Assembly (NCBI RefSeq): GCF_910577125.1
Contig: NZ_CAJTMN010000002.1
Span: 7,227-71,226, forward strand
DNA: 64,000 bases
Direction of reading: 5' to 3'
DNA from: an uncultured Rikenella sp.
GTDB lineage: Bacteria > Bacteroidota > Bacteroidia > Bacteroidales > Rikenellaceae
This document shows positions 1 to 10,077 of this stretch, piece by piece (the stretch's first letter is position 1; the number at the start of each line of letters is the position of its first letter). The notes beneath the pieces were generated by a model, which saw only the letters and a program-made list of their open reading frames with translations, was not told the origin of the DNA and searched no databases. The position numbers were made by a program, and so were the translations under genes.

Positions 1-1730
1 GTCTCCGTAGGATTTGACTCCTCGTCGCGTTTAAACCGCTCATAATCGGTGTACCATTTCGATAAAACGACTTTCAATTGTTTAAAGAGAGCTTCATCTC
101 GCTTCGAAATATCATCCAGTTGCCAATCCGTCCGGCCGGTTAGTTCACGCGCCATAGCGATTTTGGATTCTGCATATTTTTCGATTTTTTTAGCATAATA
201 CCCGTTGCTGGCCCCGATGTTTAACGGTTTTTCCAGAGGTAACTTATTCCCGATATGTTCAATCAGTTCATCGACCTCTTCTTTTGGCCGATCAGGATAG
301 CGTGACGTATCCCATTTCTGAGGAAAGATATGCTCGATCTCCCATTTGTCGGGGAGCAGTCCGTTCTGTGTCCTGTATGCCAAAGTTTTCAGCAACATCC
401 GGATCACACTACGGTGTGGCATGATTACACGTTCTTTGAGCGTATCGAGGTCGGCACAAATCGCATTGAATTCCGGTCTGGGATTGTTAATTATGGCAAC
501 ATTCAATTTAATAATATCTCCCTTGACGCTATTAATCGACGGAACTTCAAGGAATTTTGAGATCAGCACCATAGCATGACGCCGCAAGAAACGGAGAAAG
601 TTCTGTTCGAAATCTTTGTCGTTCCGATATCTGAGATAATAGATAATCGTCGGATATTTCCAGAATTCGTTGTTATAAGCTGAAAGAATATCGAGTGTTT
701 GCCGAATTTCCCGGTTCAGACTCCAAGGTTCACCTTCGATTTCGGAGTGCAAGGTAAGAACTCTAAAAATATTGAGTATGGTTTTCAGATCATCCAGCAG
801 ATGGGGGATATATAATCGAGCGGCCTGTTTCTCCAGAAAATATTTCCTGACACCCGGAGTCGTCGTATCGATATCCCCGTCCAATGCCCGGAGATAGAAC
901 ATGTGGTAATAAAACAAATTTTGAATCGTCAGCCCCACCTGATCCGATTGCTCCTCAAGAAACCGCCAGGAATCGATAAACTCGGCTTTGAGTTCATCGC
1001 TCAGGTGATTATATATCTTGGCTTTGAAAATATCGGCATCCGAAAGAGGAAGACCGCGATTATTGAGCGTGGAAAAAATCGTCAGAGCCGTATCTTGAGT
1101 GTCTGCAGTAATAGGAAGAAAAATGGCCTGATTGAGCAGCACATCCACAAAATTATAGATCTGCATGCCCGATTGCATATTCGAGATGCGAAACAGTTCT
1201 TTAAATTTATTGTAATTCCGCGAATAATTATCGTTGGCCCCGTCAGCCGTACGCCCCGTTATAAGGATATTACGCAATATCTCGTTTCCCTTATCACTGA
1301 TGACATCCGAATGCAGCAATATCCGGGAATAATCCACTTTGCTGGTCAGACGATTGGTCACCCAAATCGTTTTTTCGATTTCTCCGATAAAATGATTTTC
1401 TTCGTCCCCTTTTTTCGGCGTCGCCTGCAGATGGGCATAAATCGCACGCAACAACAAAAACAAGGAGGTGATACGTTGTTGTCCGTCGATAACCTCCCAC
1501 TCTCCTTGCTCATTTTCATAAGAGACGATGCTTCCTAAAAAATAAGTCGCTTTCGTATCTCTATTCGTCGAGACCGAAAATTCCCATATATCGCTGTATA
1601 AGGTATCGATTTCATCATCGCTCCAAGCATAGGGCCGTTGGTATTCAGGAATGAGAAAACTATGATCGCGAGCACTGCGAAGCAAATCCTTCACGCTTTG
1701 CTTATTAACCTGGATAGAGGTGGTTGCCAT
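1..1730 (-). CDS. GmrSD-family type IV (modification-dependent) restriction endonuclease, DUF262 + DUF1524; C-terminal end runs off the window
   Basis: Absent from the ORF track because there is no stop codon in the window. My minus-strand translation from ATG (1730-1728) gives MATTSIQVNKQSVKDLLRSARDHSFLIPEYQRPYAW...EVIDGQQRITSLFLLL (DUF262 DGQQR motif) and later DKWEIEHIFPQKW...HIGNKLPLE (DUF1524 His-Me finger). Open to position 1. Visibly AT-rich. Confidence 0.8.
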   Translation of the reverse strand, partial: MATTSIQVNKQSVKDLLRSARDHSFLIPEYQRPYAWSDDEIDTLYSDIWEFSVSTNRDTKATYFLGSIVSYENEQGEWEVIDGQQRITSLFLLLRAIYAHLQATPKKGDEENHFIGEIEKTIWVTNRLTSKVDYSRILLHSDVISDKGNEILRNILITGRTADGANDNYSRNYNKFKELFRISNMQSGMQIYNFVDVLLNQAIFLPITADTQDTALTIFSTLNNRGLPLSDADIFKAKIYNHLSDELKAEFIDSWRFLEEQSDQVGLTIQNLFYYHMFYLRALDGDIDTTTPGVRKYFLEKQAARLYIPHLLDDLKTILNIFRVLTLHSEIEGEPWSLNREIRQTLDILSAYNNEFWKYPTIIYYLRYRNDKDFEQNFLRFLRRHAMVLISKFLEVPSINSVKGDIIKLNVAIINNPRPEFNAICADLDTLKERVIMPHRSVIRMLLKTLAYRTQNGLLPDKWEIEHIFPQKWDTSRYPDRPKEEVDELIEHIGNKLPLEKPLNIGASNGYYAKKIEKYAESKIAMARELTGRTDWQLDDISKRDEALFKQLKVVLSKWYTDYERFKRDEESNPTE

Positions 1731-1906
1731 ATAAATTTACACTTGTCAGTGACTCAAATCTACAAAATAAATTGCAATTCTATTGTTTTTCCACTCGCTT
1801 TTATTTTCGTATAAGCCATTCTTTACTTGTTACCAATCGACAAGAGAGGGAGGATATTCCGCAGAATATCCTCCCTCCCCCTGGCACCTGATTCGCGATC
1901 ATTCGC

Positions 1907-2401
1907 TCAGCGATTCATCAGCCGGCCCGCCTGCCAATTCAAATCGGGATACGTCTTCCGCAACGCCGAAACACTGTTGGCGATGCCGCTGCTCCCCGAC
2001 GTGGCGAACGGAATGATCTTTTTTCCCTTCAGATCGTGGCTCTCGATAAACGTCTGAACCGCCCGCGGCGCCATATCCCACCAGATCGGATAGCCGAGAT
2101 AGATCACCTCATACTCGGCGACCTGAGCCGCAGGAAGCGCGATAGCCGGCCTCGATTTCGGATCGTTCATCTCCACCGAGCTGCGCGACCGGGCATTCCG
2201 CCAATCCAGATCGGCCGCCGTATAAGCCTTCACCGGCCGAATCTCATACAGATCGGCCTTCGTTTCCCGGGCGATCCGCTGCGCCGCGCGAGCCGTCGTT
2301 CCGGTAGCCGAAAAATAGACCACAAGCGTCTTTCCCGTCGCATTTTGTCCCACAACAGTCATAACAAAAAAGCTGATTAAAGTCCAAACAATTCGTTTCA
2401 T
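1907..2401 (-). CDS. flavodoxin-family protein with N-terminal signal/anchor
   Basis: 164-aa ORF. LVVYFSATGTTARAAQ FMN-binding loop and YLGYPIWW motif typical of flavodoxins. Confidence 0.75.
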   Translation of the reverse strand: MKRIVWTLISFFVMTVVGQNATGKTLVVYFSATGTTARAAQRIARETKADLYEIRPVKAYTAADLDWRNARSRSSVEMNDPKSRPAIALPAAQVAEYEVIYLGYPIWWDMAPRAVQTFIESHDLKGKKIIPFATSGSSGIANSVSALRKTYPDLNWQAGRLMNR

Positions 2402-2404
2402 CTT

Positions 2405-3241
2405 CTATTTCGTTTGTTCGAGTCGATCATACTCCGCATCGGTTACCGGTTCGAGCCACTCGTTGGAGGCGTTTTCACCCGGGATCTCAAACGCCAGGTG
2501 CGCGAACCAGCTGTCGGCCGCCGCACCGTGCCAGTGCTTCACATTCGCCGGAATATGGATCACCGTGCCGGGAAGAATTTCTACAGTCGGTTTCCCCTCC
2601 TCCTGATACCAGCCGCGACCGGCTACACCGATCAGCATCTGTCCACCGCCCTTCGTCGCCCGGTGGATATGCCAGTTGTTGCGGCAGCGAGGCTCGAAGG
2701 TCACGTTGGCAATGGGAACCTGTTCCGACGAGATGCGGGCGAGATAGCTATTACCCGTGAAATACTTCGCATAAGCCGTGTTCGGTTCGCCGATGGGGAA
2801 GATCATCTGGCGCTGGAAGGCCGCCTTGGCATCTTCGCCGGTTGTGTCTTCGGCCCAGACCTCTTTGGCCAGACGGAAGGCCGCCCATGCCTTGGGCCAT
2901 CCGGCATAGAAGCCGATATGCGTAATGATTTCAGCGATCTCGGTACGGGTAATACCGTTCTTTTTCGCCTCCTGAAGGTGGAAGCCCAGCGAGCTGTCGG
3001 TGATGCCCTGACTGATCAGCGAGGTGATCGTCACCAGACTGCGGTCGCGAAGACCGAGCCTGTCGGTACGGCTCCACACCTCGCCGAAGAGGACATCGTC
3101 GTTGAGCTCCGCAAACTTGGGAGCGAACTCGCCGAGCTGCGTGCGCCCGGCCGTCTGTACAATCTTTTCCTGTGCCATAACGATTGAAATATGTGCGGCG
3201 CATACGACAAGCGCCATCAGTATTTGCTTTTTATTCATCAC
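2405..3241 (-). CDS. carboxymuconolactone-decarboxylase-like domain fused to a cupin domain
   Basis: 278-aa ORF. The N-terminal half resembles CMD/AhpD (ITHIGFYAGWP). The C-terminal half is cupin-like (NWHIH...GVAGRGWYQEEG...HWHGA). Confidence 0.6.
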   Translation of the reverse strand: MMNKKQILMALVVCAAHISIVMAQEKIVQTAGRTQLGEFAPKFAELNDDVLFGEVWSRTDRLGLRDRSLVTITSLISQGITDSSLGFHLQEAKKNGITRTEIAEIITHIGFYAGWPKAWAAFRLAKEVWAEDTTGEDAKAAFQRQMIFPIGEPNTAYAKYFTGNSYLARISSEQVPIANVTFEPRCRNNWHIHRATKGGGQMLIGVAGRGWYQEEGKPTVEILPGTVIHIPANVKHWHGAAADSWFAHLAFEIPGENASNEWLEPVTDAEYDRLEQTK

Positions 3242-3399
3242 CGATTCGAGTTTTTACCGAGAGCAAAAGTACCTCATTCTTTTCCCCGCCACCATATCCG
3301 AAATCCGGTTCCTTTTACCCCGATTCCGGTTTCAGTCGTCCAGCCGTTGCCGCGAACCCGAAATAGTGCTAATTTTGGAAAAACTTACTCCGGACAGCC

Positions 3400-4302
3400 A
3401 TGAAAGAGACGACGAAAATCGACACGATAGATGCCTACAACAAGTGTTTCGGTCTGAAGACCCGCCATCCGCTGGTTTCGGTGGTCGATCTCTCGAAAGC
3501 CACGCAGTGGCCCGGCCACATCCGGTTCAGTTACGGCCTGTACGCCCTCTTTCTGAAGCAGGTGAAATGCGGCAACATCCAGTACGGACGGAGAACCTAC
3601 GACTATCAGGACGGTACGATCGTCTGTTTCGCTCCGGGCCAGGTCGCCGAAGTGACCCGCCAGCCGAATGTCCGGCCCTCGGCCTACGGAGTGCTCTTCC
3701 ACCCCGACCTGATCCGCGGCACCCCGCTCGGACAGGAGATCAAACGATACTCCTTCTTCTCATACGAGACCAACGAAGCGCTGCACCTCTCGGAAGAGGA
3801 GCGGCAGACGATTCTCGACACGATGCAGAAAATCGACCGCGAGCTCGACCACGCGATCGACAAGCACAGCCGGCGGCTCATCACCTCCAACATCGGTCTG
3901 CTGCTCGATTACTGCATGCGTTTCTACGACCGGCAGTTCATGACACGCGGCGAGGTGAACAACGACGTCATCACCCGTTTCGAGCAGCTGCTGGACAAAT
4001 ATTTCGACACCGACGCGCCGCAAAACGAAGGTCTCCCTTCGGTCAAATATTTTGCCGACAAAGTCTGCCTGTCGCCCAACTACTTCGGCGACCTGATCCG
4101 GAAACTGACCGGAAAAACCGCTTCGGAACACATCCAGAGCCGGCTGGTCGATCAGGTCAAAGAGCTGCTGCTCTCGTCCGGCAAGACCATGAGCCAGATC
4201 GCCTATGAACTCGGATTCCAATATCCGCAACACCTGAGCCGGATGTTCAAGCGGCTGACCGGCATGACCCCCAACGAATTCCGAACATTCGACCAAGCAT
4301 GA
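3400..4302 (+). CDS. AraC-family transcriptional regulator
   Basis: 300-aa ORF. C-terminal double HTH (YFADKVCLSPNYFGDLIRKLTG...IAYELGFQYPQHLSRMFKRLTGMTPNEFR). Confidence 0.85.
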   Translation: MKETTKIDTIDAYNKCFGLKTRHPLVSVVDLSKATQWPGHIRFSYGLYALFLKQVKCGNIQYGRRTYDYQDGTIVCFAPGQVAEVTRQPNVRPSAYGVLFHPDLIRGTPLGQEIKRYSFFSYETNEALHLSEEERQTILDTMQKIDRELDHAIDKHSRRLITSNIGLLLDYCMRFYDRQFMTRGEVNNDVITRFEQLLDKYFDTDAPQNEGLPSVKYFADKVCLSPNYFGDLIRKLTGKTASEHIQSRLVDQVKELLLSSGKTMSQIAYELGFQYPQHLSRMFKRLTGMTPNEFRTFDQA

Positions 4303-4826
4303 GAACCATCCATTTTTATGAAGATGATTTCGGCCGGTGCGAAATTTTATCGTTAACTGCGCAAAAGCAGTGTCTGGAGCAGACGAAGCAGATCTGCGGC
4401 TTCGACGAAGAACACCGCACCCCGTACGGTTTTACCGACGTGTACGTGATCGACCACTCGAAGATGCAGCCGCTGAGTTCACTCGGATTGACGCAAGAGC
4501 GGATCGCCGATGCGTTGGCTTTCTTACCGCCGTTCGATCAGATCATCTCCCACAGCTATTACTTCCCCGGCATAGAAATGCAGGCCCGGGGAACCAAACA
4601 AATCGCCTTATTCTGGCAGGCCGACCCAGTGGGCCTCATCAAAGATCTGTGGCTGAAGCCTTTCTGGACGCGCGGAAAGTCGGATCAACGGCTTCTGGAG
4701 CGCATACTGAAGACTTTGGGTGCGCTCGCTCCCGTCCTGCTGGCCGACTGGGAGCGACTTTATTGCGTGGATCTGACACAGGAAGAGGCGATCGACCGTT
4801 ATCTGCAGATGGTATCGAACGAATAG
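4299..4826 (+). CDS. hypothetical protein
   Basis: 175-aa ORF with an ATGA overlap onto the AraC stop. No recognisable motifs. Confidence 0.5.
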   Translation: MRTIHFYEDDFGRCEILSLTAQKQCLEQTKQICGFDEEHRTPYGFTDVYVIDHSKMQPLSSLGLTQERIADALAFLPPFDQIISHSYYFPGIEMQARGTKQIALFWQADPVGLIKDLWLKPFWTRGKSDQRLLERILKTLGALAPVLLADWERLYCVDLTQEEAIDRYLQMVSNE

Positions 4827-4877
4827 ACAGAGTGGCCCGATATTTGCTACGCTTACTGTAAACCAATCGATATCGTC

Positions 4878-5324
4878 ATGAAAAAAAGATCTTTCCTGAC
4901 CCTCTGCCTGCTCCTGTTCGGAGCCCTGACCGGACTGCAAAGCTGCGACGACGAAAAAACGATCGCTTTCGACAAACTGCCTCAGACAGCCCGCCAGTTC
5001 ATCGGGACCCACTTCCCGGATCAGACCGTGAACCGGACCCGGCAAGAGAAGGACAACGGCATCATCTCCTACGAAGTCCGTCTGTCCGACGGCACGGAGA
5101 TCGACTTCGACGCCGCCGGCGAGTGGCAGCACGTCGACCGTCCGTTCGGCATCGTTCCGGACGGGATTGTTCCGCCGGCCATTCTCAGCGATCTGGCCGG
5201 ACGTTACCCGGAAGCCCGGATACACGAAATCGAAAAAGAGCCGGGCGGATATGAAATCGGAATCGGCAACGGGATGGAACTGTATTACACCACCGAAGGC
5301 GTTTTCGTTCGGGAAGAACGATAA
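4878..5324 (+). CDS. PepSY-like (DUF2874-type) lipoprotein
   Basis: 148-aa ORF. Lipoprotein signal ending LQSC, plus repeated beta-lactamase-inhibitor-like/PepSY-like segments. Confidence 0.55.
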   Translation: MKKRSFLTLCLLLFGALTGLQSCDDEKTIAFDKLPQTARQFIGTHFPDQTVNRTRQEKDNGIISYEVRLSDGTEIDFDAAGEWQHVDRPFGIVPDGIVPPAILSDLAGRYPEARIHEIEKEPGGYEIGIGNGMELYYTTEGVFVREER

Positions 5325-5393
5325 CTGGACACCGGCCAAACACCCGAACGCAGCGCGGGCACCTTCCTGACGGAAAAGTGCCCGCGTCGTTTT

Positions 5394-6653
5394 TCACTCC
5401 CCGATCGAGTGATCCTGCGGAAACGACTCGCCGCTCCAGGCCCGTTGCGACGTCCAAGGCTCGCCCGGCGCCGTCCAGAACGGATCGTCCTCCGGCAAGC
5501 CCAACGCCAAAAAGCCGGTCAGGCAGAGATAGAGGCTCCCCGTACAGGTGTACGCCTCTCCGATCTCCGGTTGCGCGCCGCAGAAGCCGATTCGCAGCCA
5601 CCCCTCGTCATCGAAAGTCCCGGGCTGTTCGAAAAAGCGCCGGATCACCGCCGTCATCGCCGCCCGCACCTGTCCTTTGGCGAGACTCTTCGGCAACCGA
5701 TCCTGCAAAGCCATTTGCGAAAGTACCTGCAACGCCGCCGTCCGGTACTGCAACGACCGCCCCAGCGGCGGAATCGTCCCCTCGGGCGAAATCATCCGCT
5801 CCGTGACCTCGGCATAGCGCGCCGCCCGCTTCAACACCCGTTCGCGCAAGCCCGGAAATCCGTCGCCCATCACTCCCAGCACATCGATCAACATCGGCTG
5901 AATCACGAAACTGTTGTAGTAGTCCCAGTGGAACGGTTCGCCGTCGCCGTAGACCCCGTCTCCCTTATACCAGGCATTCATCTGCCGCACCGGATAGTCT
6001 ACCCGCACCTGGTCGTACTCCTCGCCCACCGAACGCAAAAAAGCTTCGATCTGCGCCGTGAACATCAGCCAATTGCTGACATTCGGCCGCACCTTCCGCG
6101 TCTGTTTCATCTCGTAGATAATGCGTTCCCGGGTCGCCTGATCCAAACCGCCCCACAGATTTTTCGGCGCGCGCATCAGCCCCTGCGCCAGATGAGCCGC
6201 ATCGACCAACGCCTGATATCCCACCGCAAAACTGATATAGTCCGCCGAAGCGGTATCCATCGCATTCCGCAATCCCCGGATCGAAAGATCGAGCAGCTCC
6301 TTGCGCATACGCCCGTCACGGGTCGTCGTATCCACAGGTAGTTCCAGCCACGGCGCAATCCCGCAAATCGTCCGCCCCAACGCCTCCAGATAGGCATACT
6401 TCGTCCGGTCGCCGTACGCTCCGTACTCCGGATGCGACGGCCCGCGCTGTTCGACCGGCATATTCGCATGCAGCGTCCCCGCCGCCAGATTCGACAACAC
6501 CGGATAAGCGATTTTATAGGCCGTCTCGGCCCACACTTCGCGATCCGATTTCGGCTGTTCAGCCTGTTTTTTCCGGGCGGCAAAGCTGTCCGGCAGAATA
6601 CATACCGCAACCAGCGCGACCGCCAATAAACGTTTCATCGATTTCATGTTCAC
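5394..6653 (-). CDS. DUF2264-family protein (glycan utilisation context)
   Basis: 419-aa ORF with a signal peptide. Adjacent to heparinase II/III and GH88 genes, the usual DUF2264 context. Confidence 0.55.
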   Translation of the reverse strand: MNMKSMKRLLAVALVAVCILPDSFAARKKQAEQPKSDREVWAETAYKIAYPVLSNLAAGTLHANMPVEQRGPSHPEYGAYGDRTKYAYLEALGRTICGIAPWLELPVDTTTRDGRMRKELLDLSIRGLRNAMDTASADYISFAVGYQALVDAAHLAQGLMRAPKNLWGGLDQATRERIIYEMKQTRKVRPNVSNWLMFTAQIEAFLRSVGEEYDQVRVDYPVRQMNAWYKGDGVYGDGEPFHWDYYNSFVIQPMLIDVLGVMGDGFPGLRERVLKRAARYAEVTERMISPEGTIPPLGRSLQYRTAALQVLSQMALQDRLPKSLAKGQVRAAMTAVIRRFFEQPGTFDDEGWLRIGFCGAQPEIGEAYTCTGSLYLCLTGFLALGLPEDDPFWTAPGEPWTSQRAWSGESFPQDHSIGE

Positions 6654-6656
6654 AAA

Positions 6657-8603
6657 TTATTGCTGTAAAAAAGTCACCTGCAAGGTATCTTTCCGCTTCG
6701 GATTCTTGACTTTCAACTTGACGAGCGTCAGTCGTTCGCCCCAAATCTTCGACAACCGCGGGTCAGTCAGCTCCACCGCCTCGGTCGTCAGGTCATATTT
6801 CGACAGGTCGAATATCATTCGCAAAATCTTACCCCCGCTCTTGATTTCGACTCCCCCACGACCCGACGTCGCCGTCCCACAGGTCAGAAAATTCAACTCC
6901 ACCGGCCCCTTCACCTCCGACAAATCGTACGTATCGGTCAGCGTCACTCTATTTTTCTGCCGGTCGAAACGATAGTCGCGCACCCAGCTGCGGCACGCCG
7001 CCTCCGCCGGATAAGCTCCCGCTATATCCAGCGAGAACGACATCCCCCGCCCGTTATCCGTATGTTTCACACTCCGCGAACGGTATTTTCCACCCTCCTT
7101 CTGTCCGAAACCGTTGACAACCGGCAGGTTGTGGTACTCGGACTGCATTGTCCAGATCGTATAGCGCCGGTGGTCGAAGGTCGCGGCGGTATAAGTCCCG
7201 ACACCGGCATCCACCATCATCGGCTGCCCGTCCACATAGAGGATAAAGCTCCCCACGTCGTTGTGGTTGTGGCTCTCGGCATTGTATCCCCCCTTGGCCG
7301 CCAGCGTCAACCCCTCGGCACTCCCGCCTTCGGTTCGCGCCACCGCCACCTCGATGCCGTCCATCCACACCGACCGGTAGAGCGGCGCCGCCGGTCGCGT
7401 CCGTTGCATATCGTCATAAACGAATGCGGTCTTGAGCCGATTGTCCATCGTCCCGCTGAGCGGATTTTCCGAGAAACCGGTCAATGCCCCCAGATAGGAG
7501 CCGAAGCGGAACATCGTACTGTCGCCGATGTTCCGCCCGTAACGGAAGACAGTCGACGCCCCCGGCGAAGCCTTGGCCTCGGCATCGGCAAAGTTGACGA
7601 AATAGAGGCTGTCGATATGGGCATTGGCGATGTAGAGGCCGATGTTTTTGATCCGCTGCTCGCCGAAGAGGTCGATCCGCCCGTGCGAATAGCCTTTCAG
7701 CACTTCGAGATAGTTATTCAGCATCCCCGCCGCATGCCCCCAATAGGAAGGCCCCTCCTCGCACCCGCCGTCGGGCTTGAACTGATCGACCGACCGCATC
7801 GTCTTCCGCACGATGGCCGCCCGTCGCTCCGGATCCTCCTCGACGAGCAGCGCGGCGGTCAGCACGTTGAAGTTGCACCACGGGTTCCAGTTGTTGACCT
7901 GCGCCCCCTCGCGGAAACCGAGCCAGAACATGTCGTTGCGGTCGAGATAGACATCCAGCGTATGGCGGTTCAATTCGGCCCGCAGCCGCTGCGGAATCGT
8001 CGGCGACAATTTGCCCAGCTCCTCTTTGAAGAAATAGTAGGCCCAGGCCAGCGTGTTGGCGGTCATCCCGCCGCTGAGGTCGATCGTGCGATGATCGATA
8101 TCCGGCACGGCGGTTCCGCTGAGCTGCCAGTAGATATGCGCCGTCGCCACCCACGTGCTCTGCTCGCAGAGCGACCACACGCCGTCGGCGATCTGATCCA
8201 CGAAACGTCCCCGACCTTCGACCAGTTCACCTAACATCAGGTCGGCCAAGGCATTGTACCGTTCGCCGATATGCTGATCGTTCGGCACCCGGATCCCCCG
8301 GCGGGCGAAATCGAGGTACGAAGTGACCGTTACACTGCGCCATACATAGTCTAGCCGGGCCTCCGCCTGCGCCACCGCCTGCCGCTTCACGGCTTCGGGC
8401 AGCGATTGCCAAAACGTGCGGTCGGTATACGCGGGATAAGGGGTATAAGCCTCGCGGCACAGCGAGTCGATGTCGTACCGCACAGCGGCTTTCTGCAAAA
8501 GATCGAGTTTGGCCTTCACCGCCGGAGCCGCCTCTATAAAAAAGGGTGCCGCCCCGAACAGAGCCGTCAGCAGCACCATCAGCAACCGATTTGTCCGTTT
8601 CAT
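6657..8603 (-). CDS. heparinase II/III-family polysaccharide lyase
   Basis: 648-aa ORF with a signal peptide. HNHNDVGSF motif typical of the heparinase II/III C-terminal domain. Confidence 0.75.
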   Translation of the reverse strand: MKRTNRLLMVLLTALFGAAPFFIEAAPAVKAKLDLLQKAAVRYDIDSLCREAYTPYPAYTDRTFWQSLPEAVKRQAVAQAEARLDYVWRSVTVTSYLDFARRGIRVPNDQHIGERYNALADLMLGELVEGRGRFVDQIADGVWSLCEQSTWVATAHIYWQLSGTAVPDIDHRTIDLSGGMTANTLAWAYYFFKEELGKLSPTIPQRLRAELNRHTLDVYLDRNDMFWLGFREGAQVNNWNPWCNFNVLTAALLVEEDPERRAAIVRKTMRSVDQFKPDGGCEEGPSYWGHAAGMLNNYLEVLKGYSHGRIDLFGEQRIKNIGLYIANAHIDSLYFVNFADAEAKASPGASTVFRYGRNIGDSTMFRFGSYLGALTGFSENPLSGTMDNRLKTAFVYDDMQRTRPAAPLYRSVWMDGIEVAVARTEGGSAEGLTLAAKGGYNAESHNHNDVGSFILYVDGQPMMVDAGVGTYTAATFDHRRYTIWTMQSEYHNLPVVNGFGQKEGGKYRSRSVKHTDNGRGMSFSLDIAGAYPAEAACRSWVRDYRFDRQKNRVTLTDTYDLSEVKGPVELNFLTCGTATSGRGGVEIKSGGKILRMIFDLSKYDLTTEAVELTDPRLSKIWGERLTLVKLKVKNPKRKDTLQVTFLQQ

Positions 8604-8616
8604 CTCCGTCCGGCGA

Positions 8617-9840
8617 TTATTTGTTTTCCAAATCCCGTTTCCGTTTCAGCGCTTCGAGGAAGTAATAGTCCGCATAGACCAGCGGCACATCCACCTCCGA
8701 CGGCCCCGGTTTGTTACCCGTCGAGTGCATCAGGACGAAATAGCCATTCTCGCCCAATTCGGCCCGATAAGCCGGCGAACCGAGCGTTTCGACGATCCGG
8801 TCGGCCAGTTTTTTATACGTTTTACCCTGCTTGCGCCCCACATAGGTCGAGAGCTCATAAAGCGCCGAAGCCGTCACCGCCGCTGCCGAAGCGTCGCGCG
8901 GCTCCTGCTCAATGTTCGGCACATCGTAATCCCAATAGGGAATCAAATCTTCCGGCAGGTTCTTATTCGTAAAGATGAACTTCGCGATATCCTCCGCCTG
9001 TTTCAGGTATTTCGGATCGTGCGTATAGCGGTAGCACAGCGTGTAGCCGTACAGCCCCCACGCCTGTCCGCGCGCCCAGGCCGACGAGTCGGCATAGCCC
9101 TGCGCCGTCACCCGGCTGCGCACCTCGCCGGTTTTCGAATCGTAGTCCACCACGTGGTAGCAGCTCATATCCGGCCGGTAATGGCACTTCAGAGTCTGGT
9201 CGGCATGCGACACAGCGATCTTCCAGAACGACGAGTCGCCGCTCATCCGCGTCGCCTCGAACAGCAGCTCCAGGTTCATCATGTTGTCGATAATCACCGG
9301 GCAATCCCAGCCCCTCCACTGCGGCCACGACTGAATGACACCCGCTCCGGGGCGATAGCGTTCGCTCAGCGTCCGAGCCGCCGTCACGATCACATCCTTA
9401 TAGGCCTCCTTCCCCGTCAGCCGCAGCCCGTTGCCGAACGAGCAGAAGATCATGAAACCGATATCGTGATTCCCCCGATAGTATTTGATCCGCTCCATCC
9501 CCTCGGTATAGTGCACGGCCGGACGGAGCCATGCGCTGTCGCCCGTCAGTTCGTAGAGGTACCACAGCGTTCCGGGAAAAAATCCGCTCGTCCAGTCGTC
9601 CAGCGTGGTGAACACCAGCCGGCCGTTTTCATCGGTCGTGCGCGGACTGGGAATGTGGCGGAACGTATCCATCGTATCCACCATCAAGCGGGTCTGCCGG
9701 GCGGCGAATTCCACATTTTCAGTAATCACGGGTGCGACACTCCGGTTTTTCCCGACCGCCGGTTCCGGGGAGATGCCGGCCAGCAAAAGGCTCCCGGCAG
9801 CCCAACCGATCGCAGTCGGCATGAGATTTACTTTTATCAT
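8617..9840 (-). CDS. glycoside hydrolase family 88 (unsaturated glucuronyl hydrolase)-like
   Basis: 407-aa ORF. WxxGFxxG-type motifs (DWTSGFFPGTLWYLYE, ARGQAWGLYGY) characteristic of GH88/GH105. Confidence 0.7.
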   Translation of the reverse strand: MIKVNLMPTAIGWAAGSLLLAGISPEPAVGKNRSVAPVITENVEFAARQTRLMVDTMDTFRHIPSPRTTDENGRLVFTTLDDWTSGFFPGTLWYLYELTGDSAWLRPAVHYTEGMERIKYYRGNHDIGFMIFCSFGNGLRLTGKEAYKDVIVTAARTLSERYRPGAGVIQSWPQWRGWDCPVIIDNMMNLELLFEATRMSGDSSFWKIAVSHADQTLKCHYRPDMSCYHVVDYDSKTGEVRSRVTAQGYADSSAWARGQAWGLYGYTLCYRYTHDPKYLKQAEDIAKFIFTNKNLPEDLIPYWDYDVPNIEQEPRDASAAAVTASALYELSTYVGRKQGKTYKKLADRIVETLGSPAYRAELGENGYFVLMHSTGNKPGPSEVDVPLVYADYYFLEALKRKRDLENK

Positions 9841-10077
9841 TGCTTTGAAAGAGTTTGGTTGTCGTCAGTTCTCTCCTCCGGCAGCACCGCACGACAGCGT
9901 TCCGGACAGGAGGAGCAAAAATACGAAATTTAAATCCGTCTTCCGCCCGGCTCCGGCTCCTAAAAGCACAACCGGCCGATTCGCCCGCTAAAGAGCCGAT
10001 GTTTCAAGCCGATTTTTTATTACATTTGTGAGGATGATTCCGTTGCATTGCGCAAAAACTTCAGACAAACACCCCCT

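Noticed and set aside
3024-4208. 394-aa plus-strand ORF overlapping the AraC gene in another frame
   Set aside because: Composition is R/P/S-rich, whereas the 3400-4302 frame gives a clean AraC-family protein.
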